DNA of 61,765 nt, counting the filler, from Platydemus manokwari (taxonomy: Eukaryota): NCBI GenBank assembly GCA_037951405.1. It is 5 parts of 5 records of this genome, joined end to end, with 100 filler letters (N's around TTAATTAATTAA, not from the genome) between each part and the next. Parts side by side here need not be neighbours in the genome. Positions count along the whole stretch, not along the records: positions 37,666 to 47,757 come from JBBMOY011170656.1; positions 47,858 to 61,765 come from JBBMOY011579188.1; 3 more parts are not named here. One strand, given 5' to 3'. Below the pieces are notes generated by a model that ran no database searches, was not told the DNA's origin, and saw only the letters and a list, made by a program, of their open reading frames with translations. Each line of letters begins with the position of its first letter. Position 1 is the first letter of the stretch. Shown here one piece after another: positions 43,394-56,100 of this stretch. A program made the position numbers and the translations under genes.

Positions 43394-46300
43394 TTATACA
43401 TCCATGGAAATTTCTTTCCTGACAAAATCGATAGTTTTTCGTAAACCATGACTGAGAGGAATCTTGGGTTTCCAATTCAAGAATTGATATGCTTTCGATA
43501 TATCTGGTAAACGTCTCTGAGGATCATCTTCACGTGAAGATTGGAACACAACGTTACTAGCACTATCTAATAAAAACACGAAGTTATTAAACAAATATTC
43601 AATGACTAATACAAACCCGGAATTAGTTTCAATATAAACTTCGATAAATTCAATATCGTTTGTTCATCAGGATTACCGAAATTGACTGGGCTGGTAACAT
43701 TCGAATTCATAAGCAACTTTAAACCTTCTATCAAATCACTAATGTACTGAAATGACCTTGTTTGAGAACCAGTTCCATGTATCTGATAAAAGGTCGAATT
43801 TAATTCACTTAAAGCTAATCACTTAAATAAAAATCGAGTCACCCAGACGGTTTGCTACGTCTGAAATCAGTAATTTTTCATTGGGTTGTACATTTTATTG
43901 AAGTTCATTCAGGTAGGTCGATAAAGTTTAGTTTCTCATTGAAGTTATTTTGTTTAAAACATGTCTAATTGAATATCATCGATTATTCGGAAAATTATTG
44001 ATTAAATAACAAAACCGTCGTGTCGATTATCGATTTAAAGTGCTTATTGTGACAACCAGATAATAATTTCAACGAAATTTTAAAATATTTTAACTTCACG
44101 ATGAGAAATAGTATATCTCCAATAAATTTATTAGTTGATTCTCTCTGGATTTTTTTTATTACAATAATAATAACAATTAAAACATTAATAACAATAAATC
44201 CAAATGGGAATAGGAATAAAGTATCAATTACAAGTTATGGCACCGAAAGAATTCTGGTGTGTATGATAAACAATATTGTAGAGAAATTATCAGTACAAAC
44301 TAAATCAAAAAAAATTGAAAATACCACTTAGCATTATTATTTTAAACACAAGATGAAACATTCTACCAACGTAAGCTTAATAGTCTAGACAAAATTCTAA
44401 ATTATTAAAGTGCAAAACAATAATAAAAGAAACCATTTTTAAATATGATAATACTAATGGAATTGGTATCAATTTCTTCACACAAAGGTCAATGCATAGC
44501 AGATTTATCCAGCCACGAGTTTCAACAGACGATTTTCATTATTAATCAATATAATAAAATTCTGATTCTACAAAGTTCATTGAAATAATCATTAACAGTA
44601 CATATTTTAGAGACGTGCTAATATATTATTATATTCATTTCAGCTAATGCGCTTGATGATCCAGGCATGTTTCTAATAACTTAATTGGTCAAAGAAAATT
44701 CACAAATTTTGGCTCAGAAAAGTTAATTTGAAGTGACTATCACCCATTTGTTAAATCCAACTAATAATTTTAACTTTACATTTTCAGAATGAAAACCAAT
44801 TTTCAATGGGAATTTCAGACACAATGCTGATTTCACAATTTGTAAGTCATGGAACAATAGCATGGAACAATGGATTTAAATCGCGTTTTTTGGAACTATT
44901 AATGATGTTCAGATTTCATTTGATTTGATGTTATATAGCTACGATTTTATTTTTCCAGTAACCAAGTACTCGAAACAATTCTTTGTCTGTAATGATTTCG
45001 TTATTTCTGTAATTCCAATGTCTTGTTTTTGCAGTACTTAATCTCCATATCGACTTTGTTATTCTAGATGCATTTTATAAATGCATTCTTTATTTATCTC
45101 CGTGACTGTTTTTATCACAACATTTCACGGAACTAACTACGAAATAATGTTCGTCACCAACAAATAGCGATAAATGATGAAGAATTTTATATCTATACAT
45201 ACTCATTAATAGGAAATACTCTTCGTAATTATTCAACTCTGCAATGTATCGATTTTTAATAAGAGCAAATCTAATCCATTTCCTTTTAGTAACATATTCA
45301 TTCTATCGTTCAACATCTTGTTAATTAGTTGTATATTTCATGACGTTTCTGATGATAAACATCGATATCATTAACTGTCGAAACAATGTATTCATGTTAA
45401 ATAGAACATCGTAGACAGGAGAAATAAATCCTTAGACACAGATTTGAGACAATTTCAAAATTTGTTTAAAACAAGGCAATAGAGTAATCATTCAGATATA
45501 AATCGTGAAGAATTTTAATTAAAATATTTAACTAAATATACAGTCTAGATACTTCATTAGTAATATTTCAGGTTATCGAGATTTATATCATATTATCTGG
45601 AATCTCTTATTACTTTGAAACTTTTTTAGACGAAGACTGTTAAACCCACTGAAATATTTTATTAAAAAAAAATTACACACCAATAACCCTTCATATTACA
45701 AATTGATTGAAATATTGAAATCTCGAAATGTAATTTATCAATAAATATAGTTTCATATTCATCGACACTCACTCGTAACAAATAAAATCGCTGTAGGAAT
45801 TGAACAATTTCCTGACTTGTTAAACATATTTTACTCACATTTATTTATTTAAACAAGCATTGAGGTTTGACTCATCAATTTCAAAGAAATATGATTTCGA
45901 ATCATTATGGGATTTATTATTTTCGACATATACAGTAATTCGCAAATATCACACTTGTATATATTTATAACGTATATCTAAGTCACTTATCTTTTATTCT
46001 CTACAGCAACTTGACGGTTTTTAGCAAAAATATGAATTATTAAAAGAGCTTAAATAGCCATCTATAAAATGTCAGCTAATAAAACTGACTTTTTTAAATC
46101 AGCAAAATCATAACTAATTTTTCATTTTGGTTTAAAATGTAAATAAAAAATTTGACATAAGGATCCACAAGAGTACAAAGAGGTCACATTTAGTCTGTTG
46201 AATCCAATACAATGCAATCAATATATTTGGAGTTGTGCAAAACATTTTAAAAACTATTTTTAATCAATAAATTAAAAAAATTGAATAAATAAAAGTAACA

Positions 46301-47406
46301 GACGTTTGATATCAAGATAATAATAAATCTCAGTTATATTGTCGTTATCTTCAATGAATAATGTAAAAAATTTAATTCCGATTTTATATAAAATTATACT
46401 AATTTGTTTATATAATAGTATTACACATATAATTTAGTTTCATGGTTTTTCAATCGTCTTCAACACGTGTTTTATAAAATAGTAGCGGCTTACATGACGA
46501 CCACGAATCAAAGAACTTTTCATAATTTTAACAAACCATTCGAGTTCCGTAAAAACGGCAACAAAAACTCCGACAAAAATTAGGAAAATAAAAGTAAAAA
46601 ACTTAATATTTTAAAAAATGATGATCTTGAATACACAAAACAATAAATTATCAGACGAACGAATTCAAAATTTTGAAAGTTTCCACATATCACGCCATTG
46701 AGAAAAGTTATACTTTTAAAGAAAACCATCAATCACGTATATAATTTCTTGCTTGACGATATCTAAATATCACCAAATAAATTTCCAAACTAATTATTTA
46801 AGTATAAACAACAATATACGAAGTAGGTTCATTTAAATCTTTTAGTTTTCCAGTTAAAATATGATCTTGTTCATGAGTATTCTCAATAAATGTGACGAAT
46901 AACCGTTAAAACAGTGTTCTTCAAAAGGGGGGGGCACCACCTACCAGTGGGTCATGAGAAATTTCGTTTTCGATACTGATTTATATTAAGAAAAAATATC
47001 GATCGAATTTTAAAGATCTGGAATTAGTATAAAGATAATAAAAAAGACCAGCCATCACCGAAATAGAGCCAAGGTTTGATGTTATATGCCAAAATATGCA
47101 AAATCGTTATTATCATTAAAACCATTTTAATTTTTTGGTGTTAAAAAAATGTACTTTATTATTTTTATTCTAGTTCCTAGGTGTTGCAAAAAACTTTGGA
47201 CTCGTAAAGTGGGTCGCAACACAAAAAGTGTGAAGACCACTGGGTTAAAAAAAGTAAATATTGAAATCAAAACGTTGCGTACTAACCGTTAACGATCTGT
47301 TTGTCAATGATTGGAGAATGAAATTTGTCACCACCCTTCCATCATCTAGTCGCATCTTTGGACCAAATGTATTGAAAATTCTTGCTATTCTTATGGATAC
47401 ATTGGC
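43394..47406 (-). CDS. UXS1: UDP-glucuronate decarboxylase / UDP-xylose synthase, last three exons (47406-47287, 43782-43617, 43566-43394); 5' exons missing
   Basis: [32 protein letters not shown] | [37 protein letters not shown] | [14 protein letters not shown]...WKPKIPL; GT-AG joins in phase. Confidence 0.93.
46912..47242 (+). mobile_element. Buster-type hAT MITE, copy 2, in a UXS1 intron
   Basis: TIRs CAGTGTTCTTCA / TGAAGACCACTG; 8-bp TSD cgttaaaa / ggttaaaa (7/8 match, central TA typical of Buster). Confidence 0.88.
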
Positions 47407-47757
47407 CTAAAAAATCAATAATTTGACAGTAAAATTTTTCTTTGAAATAAAATATGCACTTAAACAATAAATACTGACAATTATTTATCGACAATAATTA
47501 TCCAATGATCTTGAAAATTTGAACGAAAAGAAAGTAACTGAGTTAAATATATTTTTTTCCGAAAAACCCGCAAACAAAATACAATAATTCTAATAAATTT
47601 CAGGACTGTTCCTGACAATGAAAACAACAGTTGAAATTTCAGATTTTCTTTCCAAGAAAAATATGATTTTAATAAAATTTAAATGTGCCCTTGATTATGA
47701 AAGTGGTATAAGTCATATATTTCTTGTTTGGAGATATTAAGGGATTTGTATTTTAAA

Positions 47758-47857
47758 NNNNNNNNNNNNNNNNNNNNNNNNNNNNNNNNNNNNNNNNNNN
47801 NTTAATTAATTAANNNNNNNNNNNNNNNNNNNNNNNNNNNNNNNNNNNNNNNNNNNN
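47758..47857. other. Artificial contig linker
   Basis: 44N-TTAATTAATTAA-44N. Confidence 0.97.

Positions 47858-47929
<72 letters not shown>
47858..47929. repeat. (TAT)n microsatellite at contig start
   Basis: Perfect trinucleotide run. Confidence 0.95.
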
Positions 47930-48632
47930 GGTTTTAATTATTAATAGAAGCGCTAAATTCCGCTATATGATATTTTTTATTTTTCATGGGCTTTTAGAGC
48001 CTGAATGGTTTTAAACGTTAAGTCGCAAATTTGGCATTTTTGTTCCGGCATTTTTAAGTATAGTTACTTAACAGGAAAATTGTTTTATGATTTTTAAAAT
48101 TTTAGAAATGGCTGCAATTTGTTATTTTTTGAAATTTGTTATTTTATGTCGAGTTAATAATAGTAGTAGTATAGATCAGTCTTTGGAGTGTTATCTTGGG
48201 CAAGCTAACGGAGTGACTATGATTGTGATATCAGCACTAACTATCAAATCTTCGTTTGACCAGGCTCGTAAGCAGTATGCCGCAAGAGCGAGAGGTCAAG
48301 AATCTTGGGTATAACTGAGATACAATTAACAATTCAGTGTATATAATTCATTTGATATATTTATGACTCCTCATATATTGTAACATTATTTTATTTTGAC
48401 TGATAACAACTGTTATTTCGTGATTATTGTTGTACTATGAAAATTGATCTTAAGCAATTTTATTTACTATTGGTTGAATTGCAAGCTGAATATTGGTAGT
48501 TGATTAGTGATTAGCAAACACATAAATTCTTTAAAAACAAGCATGTCAACTGTAAAATAAATTCCAAAAAAATTAATTCTCTTTTTATCACAATTTCATA
48601 CAATCAATAAATTTAAACCAAACATTCACAAA

Positions 48633-50130
48633 ATGCACAAACGTAGTCTCCAATCAGACAAATGCTCTGGAGCTCTTCATCAGCTGAACACGCAAGTGGA
48701 GTCATTCACAATGGTTAGTATGATGAAGAATGAAGAAATCCCGAACGATACAAGAATCACAGATTTGAAAATGCAAATTCACCTATCTGAAATTACCAAG
48801 AGAAATCCAATAAAACTTGCAGAATTTCGCAAACATTTCAAAAAAGGAAAATTGGAAATTCACATACATTCATCGAACAGGATGGAAGAATATTGGAAAT
48901 GGAACGAGAAACCTCGTGGGAAATCCAATAAGAAGACAGGAATACTCGAATAAGAGCAGCACATTTACCATCGTGGATAGCCATGAAATTTAGGAGGAAA
49001 CCAGCTAAAAGATTCAATCCAAATGAAAGGTAACCACTTCAAAGCATTCCAAAAATGAAATACAACCCAGTAATAGAAGTCATGAAACACAGAGAATCAT
49101 TTTTAAGAACGAAGCTGAGTCAAAACGAAATCAAAGAAAAACTAATATTCCTTGACGCAGAATTTACAGCTCGGAATGCAGAAGACTTCAGATCCCCATT
49201 CACAGTTGCAGCCATAAATTATGAAGGAAGGATTTTAATGGATGCCAAAATAACTCCAAGGCAACGGGTTATCGATTTTAGAGAGAAATACCATGGAATT
49301 TGTAAAAAACATACATGGAACTGTCAGGACGAATACAAAGCTATTGAAGAAGTACAAGAACTACTGAAAGGGAAAATCATGGTAGGTCACAATCTGCAGA
49401 TGGAATTTAAATACTAGGCATTGAATGTCAAACAACTAATGTGAATTAGAGATTTGGCTGCAGCCCTCGTATTTAGACACCTCAACATTCAAATCAAAGG
49501 AGGTGGACAATATTATAAATTACAACACCAGCTAAACAAATTGCCAACCTGGCATTCAAAAAGGAATCCCTTCTACCTTAGAGGATGCCAAAGCTGTCAG
49601 ATTTTTCCAGAAAAAGATTGAAGAAAAGTGGGTTAACCATTACGCATCAGCCAAACCACAAGAACCCCTAAAGAAGAAGACAATATTACAAGACTACCAT
49701 CAAAGAAAAACGAAATATTAGACGATGAACAACCAGGATGCTCTAAGGAAATAGAAATAATAATTGATAGTGAACACGACAGCAGAGATGAAGCAATTGT
49801 GCAGGACGTTAACGATCAGGAGATATTGCATTGAGAAGAAATTGGTGAAACAGACGACAGAATCAGTACAGAGCAAGTAGTAACAATTGCCACTGAAATA
49901 ATAACAGAAACGAAGGACAATCTAGAACACCTTATACAACAAGGGACAACAAGGATCCAACAATAAACTCAGAAGCCAGGATGGAAGCCGAACATGTCTA
50001 TCATGGGATTCTGTTACAGAATTCAGAAAGAAGGAGAGAAAGAAGGACAAGAAGAAGATAGATATGACATATAAGTTGTGAATTGTATGTGATACGACGA
50101 TTGGACTGTGGATGAAAATAAATTTTATTT
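48633..50130 (+). pseudogene. Intronless, decayed DEDDh 3'-5' exonuclease (REXO4/ISG20/AEN-like) ORF with N-terminal extension and acidic tail
   Basis: ExoI IFLDAEF (49147-49165); AAINYEGRILMD..ITPRQRVIDFREKYHGI; ExoII LLKGKIMVGHNLQMEF; IRDLA; YKLQH; ExoIII IQKGIPSTLEDAKA (His to Pro). Several stops and frameshifts; strongly A-rich coding strand. Confidence 0.8.
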
Positions 50131-51380
50131 AATTCATATATAATTACTTTTATGATTTGGGAATAATAATAACATTTTAGTTTAAAACCTTTCGGAAACG
50201 CCATTGATGTTTTAAATTTTAAAATCTTAATTTTAATTAATCTGTCTTATAAACAATATAACCTGATAAAAAGAAATTCAAAAATACGTCCAAGAAATTT
50301 CAACTCATTACTCGATTTTTAATAAATTAATTACTTTAATGATTAACCTCAAACGTTGACGCAGGCAAAAAACTGATTTAGCATCAATTATTGATAGGTG
50401 GAAAACAAAAAATTCTGTTTTAATAATATTGAATTATGGAAATATCGGTAAATATATCAACAAATGACTTATTCCTTGAATTTGATAGTTCAAATTTACT
50501 GATGACGAACTCGTTCGATTCAATGATCAATAATCATGACGCTTATCCCATCTTGAAAACAATCATTCGATGAAATCGTGATATTTTTTTAGTTGACAGA
50601 TTTTTATTCATTCTTAAAAAATTCCTGGATGGAATTTCAAGAATTAACTAGATGGTATCAAAGCGTTTATTTCTTCATCCATTCCATCCATTCACATTAA
50701 AAGTAATAAGATGGGAAAGCTAGACTTCATTAATTTTGACCGAATTTATTTAAAATGTTATCTATTTTTAAAAATTACTACTGTTTAAATTCGGACATAA
50801 TAAATATGCTACTAATAATGGTCAATAAGTTCATAATAAGAAACTAAATATACGTGTTGAAATTTTCAAGTTCTTTTTAAAGAAATACAACTCAGACAAT
50901 GTTTCTAACAGTGTCACATTCTTTGTGTGTTCATGGATGCGTCAAAGAGAAATAGATAATTTTTCAAGTGGAAAGTGTCTGTCAATCAAATAAAAATTCT
51001 TTATTTTCCAAAACCGTACAATATTATTAATTATTCCATGTATTATTATTATTATTAATGTTATTATTATTTATTCATTACTATTATTATTAATACTAAT
51101 TTTTATATACATTTTAGATTATGTAATTATGACAAAATTCAAAATCATTATAAACGACAACATAGACCTAATATATTGGAAAGTTAATTTTAAAAAGTGC
51201 TAGCTTACCCACAAATTTGCAGCACAATTGTCTATGGATAAAAATACCTACGCATATGTACTTGCATATAAAAGTAAAGGTTTATATTCTACCAAAATAC
51301 CACAATAATATTATCCTTTTCTCTTTCATTAACAGAATATATTTATAAAGACATTTTATCAGATCTGTTTACAGGTTTAC

Positions 51381-51680
51381 CTTGTCTATGACAATCAAAT
51401 TCCTTTCAACATATGGATCCTTTCTTCTTCATTTTCTTCATTTTCCAATTGATTTTTATCTCCATAGATAGGTGATTTGTTGACATCATTTGGCTAATAC
51501 TGTAAACATTCAAATTCGTCGCCTTCCATTGTTTTAAAAGAATATAATAAAATCGATTTTCGATAATAAATCACCTTGTTAGCATGATTATACAATTAAT
51601 ATCTTGTTCCCAAATCATTTCCCAAAACTCTGATAAATTCTCAACGATTGGTCCTTGGAATGCAATATATTTTATCAACA
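51381..51680 (-). pseudogene. Orphan fragment (about two exons) of a classical protein-tyrosine-phosphatase domain
   Basis: KYIAFQGPIVENLSEFWEMIWEQDINCIIMLT|gtgatt..., then MEGDEFECLQY*PND (KCxQYWP motif with W to stop). Confidence 0.75.
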
Positions 51681-51886
51681 TCAATTACAAATGGAATTTA
51701 AATAAGTATAAATTTCAAATAAATTTTTAACAAAATCTTGCTTTTTATACTGAAATCAAATAGAAAATTCTCTTGTTTTAATAGCATTATAATAATAATT
51801 TTGATGATCTGTAGACTTTTCAATATATTTATATGGCATTAATCTATATCATTAGTAGTAAGATTTTCATTTGAAACTTTTTACAG

Positions 51887-52015
51887 GTCCAAAAACGTAC
51901 TTGGGTGAAATATTGATGTGGATAAAGCAGAAGCCCAATTGATAGATAGTCTTGAGAATTTTGGTAAGAAATGGAAATTGAATTTCGGAGATGGGCATTT
52001 TATGGTCCGAAAACA
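51887..52015 (+). pseudogene. TARS: Single orphan exon of threonyl-tRNA synthetase, frameshifted
   Basis: ttttacag|..PKTYLGEI..WDKAEAQLIDSLENFGKKWKLNFGDG..FYGPK|gtaa matches ThrRS RPEKFLGD..WDQAE..L...G..W.LN.GDGAFYGPK. Confidence 0.8.
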
Positions 52016-52135
52016 GTAACGATGAATGAATGTTGTTTAACATTCAAGTAATTCCCAAAACGTTTTTAATTAACTCGATAATTGACACGAATGAATATTT
52101 ATTTGTAATATTTTGACTACCAACATTTAGCTAGG

Positions 52136-52556
52136 TGTAGAAAAATGAAAAAGAGAACCGAAACTGCACTTTGGAACCCTTGTATTGCACTTCAAACATT
52201 TGCATGTCTGCACAGCCATACAGGCATAGCAAACAGCCAGTCATAGCGAGGTTAGATGTTGAACTGTAATTGGAAAAAGGGGCATAGCTACATAAAAACA
52301 TACACATACCAATCCCACTCATGTAAAAACTTAAAAACCCAATGAGAACACAGAAATACAAATATCAAATCAAAATATGACGCAAGATGGCACAACAAAT
52401 ACACAGATCGCGAGTATAAAAATCGATGTGAAGATGGATAATTGCTAGTTGAAAGCCAAGTTTGTGTTGAGATATTGTAATTCGTGTATTGATTAATACA
52501 CTTTGTATTGGAGTCAGGTCTTATTTATTGTTTATAGTTACTCAACAATATCTATA
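52136..52556 (+). mobile_element. Possible solo LTR
   Basis: Begins TGTAGA and ends TCTATA (one mismatch to TCTACA). Internal TATAAAA (~52414); higher GC than flanks; no TSD found. Confidence 0.35.
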
Positions 52557-53115
52557 ATGTTGTAATTTTGTCAATTCTATTTTTTCTAATTTTTTTTCAA
52601 TATTCTGTTTGTGGATGAGATTCCTTGAGCTATAACTATTTTATAAAGCAGAGGTATAATATTATACTTTAAGATATTCAGTTTTATCCTTCTTCTAAAA
52701 TATTCCAAGTTGTCGGTTCCAAAACCAGGCGTTGTTTGGTAGAAGCATCATGATTTATTAATTGTACTAAAATTTATTTACACCAAATAACATTTGTTAA
52801 CACCACTACCAATTTATTAAATAGCATTTTCTGATTAAGTTTGCAAAAAATTCAATACAACTTCCTAATAGTCACCATGTTTTGACTAAAATGAAAAACT
52901 GTACCAATTTAATTTATCATTATGAACTTTTTCTTTTGATCCTTTTATTTTTGATACATATAATCCATCTTAATTTGTTTTCTTATCGTAATTTACCTCT
53001 ATTTGTTATTGTATCTTTTCCAATAAAATTTTATTGTATCTATTGTGTGTGCAAAATAAGTCTTTTTATATGGAATAATTTTTTAACACAATTACGATGT
53101 TATATACATCATCTC

Positions 53116-56100
53116 GGGGGGGGGGGGGTTTGTATGATGTTCCTAAGTAACGAAGCCTCGAAATTTGAAGTGTAGTTGTAAAATTTTAAAAAAGTGAATT
53201 TAAGTAAGAGTTATTATTACATTTTACTTTCATTTATATTAAATATATATTCCATTTTGGAGAAAAGCAATTTCACATTTTATAACGATGATAATTTAAT
53301 TGTCTTTAACTATCTGCTTAAAAGTTTTATTAGTAAACTTCATCAAATTAGTCAGAGCATTGTTGATCAGATGACTCTTAGACATAACATCAAAGTGTTA
53401 ACTTTGCTCATCGCGGACTTCATTAATGATTTCAGAGCAGAATTTAAAGTTAATCTTGGTAGTACCAAGTTCAAGGATTCAATTGTGTAATGACTTCAAT
53501 TATATTCTAAGTATAATTTGTAGGTCATTTAATATTATGTTTAATCGTTGCTCTAAATTGGATAACTCTAAGTTTAATACTAATGAAACCACTTGTTTTA
53601 ATGAGAATTCTAAAATTTTTATAATTACACTAAATTATATCCTAAATAGGATTAAAACCAATATACAAACAGACAAGATAATAAAGAATTTATCTTTATT
53701 GTTAAATAATTGAAAAAGATTAATCATCTGATCACCGAGTCTCCATTTGTAAATACTTACGACAATAGAGTTAATTCACTTAACTCAAAGAATAGTGTTA
53801 CTTATATTCGGGCAAAATTAAAATTTTGCAAACCTTTTTAAAGAAAGGATGAAAATTCAACTAAATTTAAAAATCTGATTAACCGCATTGCCAAAATGAT
53901 AAAGATAATGCTACCGATTCGTGTATAATCGATAATAAATCTTTAATGAAAGATAATACAAACGAACCTTTTTATATCCCTCCGGATAGTGATAATAGGG
54001 TAGTAGTTCCAGGTCAAAACGGTACTGGTTCTAATGACGAAAAATTGGACTCGAAACGGGAAGAAATAGATGTAAAAAAGGCATTCTGCGGCTCCAAAAC
54101 ATCATAAAAATAAACGTAAAGAGTGACCGAAAAAGTTGGTTCCTTAAATAAAACTAATACTGGTGATCCGATCCGTAAAAAAGGTCGTAAAAATAAACCG
54201 TAAAAGGTTGATTCACCCAGTTCTGAGAGGCATTATGAAACGGCAGAGACATTTCCACCTGCTAATGTTCCTAATGCTGGCAATGGATTAGAAACTAAAG
54301 TTCGCCCAATTAATAAAATTGAGCTGAATTTCATTAAATCGATCCTGATTGATAAATGGAATCTAAATAAAGGTTCTAAGAAAGAGGCCCATGTCTCTAG
54401 ATCCGAACGCATCACCAAACTGCTAGGTGATTATGAAGTTAATAATAAGATCAGATGTATAACTCTACAGTGCCCAAGGGTCTTCATGAGACTGTCGAAA
54501 TTATACATCGAATTACGTTTATGAGGGTGGATTTCAACCAGGGTCTCATATAGGAGAAATCTGGTCGACGCTACTGAATTCGTGAATAAATTTTTCTTTG
54601 AAAATTTTACCGAATTTAGTGGAGGTGATTAAAACACCAACTCTACTTATCAAAATGAGTACTTCAATAGAGTCCTCAAGGATCTTAAAATAGAAAACCG
54701 GATACCTAAATGTTTGATTGACAAACAAGCCGAGTGTGTCGATTTTAAATTGATAATTAGGAAATCCATGAGTGAACTTATTAAAAAGTTGATGGCCATG
54801 AACACTCAGGAACTTGGCAAACTAATGGAGAGACACCTGAAACCTGAAGAGTTTTGCTTTTTAAAGCCTGCAACAGACGACACTGAGATGAACAATTTCC
54901 TGGACAATCTGAGAAAAGATCATGGTTTCTCAACTGAAATCATATATATGAACTCTCAGTTCTTGACCAGCTCTGACTCAGTTACTCAGAAATCAAACAC
55001 ATCAGTTCCGGATATGATTTAGATCTTGGAGCTATAAACCTAAGCCGACTTGCTCAAACTAGACAATCTCAACCCGAGTTCATATAGTGAGGTCATTGAT
55101 AAAACTCGATTCCTCCTAGAAAGATTTATGAGATGTTTTTCTCACAAGTGGTGAGCGAATTCACATTCAATTTTAAAAAATGGTCATCCCTCACAAACGA
55201 TTTAGTCACTCTTGTTACCGGAACTATGGAGTGTGTGTCTCTGGTTCTAAGTGAAATTGGGTCCAAAAATCCCATTTTTAGTCCTACCCTGTACGATAGA
55301 TATTGCAATTATAATCGATACAGGGTCAAAAAGAATATTAGTCACGTTAATAGGGGAATATCATTCAAGGATATCATACAATTCTCCTCGCTGAACTCGA
55401 TAAAAAGGATAATGGTGATTGATGGCAATTGCAATTACCTCTATGAGCGTTTAGATGGAGCAAAAATACAACTGGTTGATGTTATTTTTTGCCTAATAAT
55501 TCCTCCCGGCTACCATATAGTTCTCCTAATCATAGATTTCGTAGCTGGATAGTGCTACGTCTTAAACCCAAGGACCTCATTTAGTACCCAAGATTTATCA
55601 GTTTTATCGAAAAACATTTCTGATAAATTGGTGGACTATAAGTACAAAACAGATCGCGGCTTTTTATGATGATGCAATTCAATTCCGTCGAACAGGTAAT
55701 CCTTAAAGTTGTTAATAATCAAGAGATTGTGATAACTGAAGCGAAATCGTCTCTAACAGAATCTTGATGTTAATTAAATGATTCTGTTGGAACAGGTAAT
55801 CCTTAAAATTGTTAATAATCAAGAAATTGTGATAACTGAAGCGAAATCGTCTCTAACAGAATCTTGATGTTAATGAAATGATACTGTCAAATATTTCAGT
55901 GAAACTAGCAATGATTAGCTTAAAGACTAAACCCAAACTTGGCATTAGGAAAGATTACAAATTGCCTGTAGATATTAAACTTCAATCACGATTCAAATCC
56001 AAACCAAAATTGACTGTTGTGAAAATTATCAAACTGGAATGTTGCATCACAAGCAGATCCACTCAACCTATGACAATGAACCGTTTAATAAAGTTCCCGT

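Noticed and set aside
52882-53713. Hydrophobic ORFs as membrane-protein genes
   Set aside because: I/L/F/N richness is expected from AT-rich DNA; the latter ORFs lie in the decayed 5' part of the non-LTR element.
55690-55887. Tandem repeats as a CRISPR-like array
   Set aside because: Only two adjacent 100-bp units, no spacers, eukaryotic TE context.
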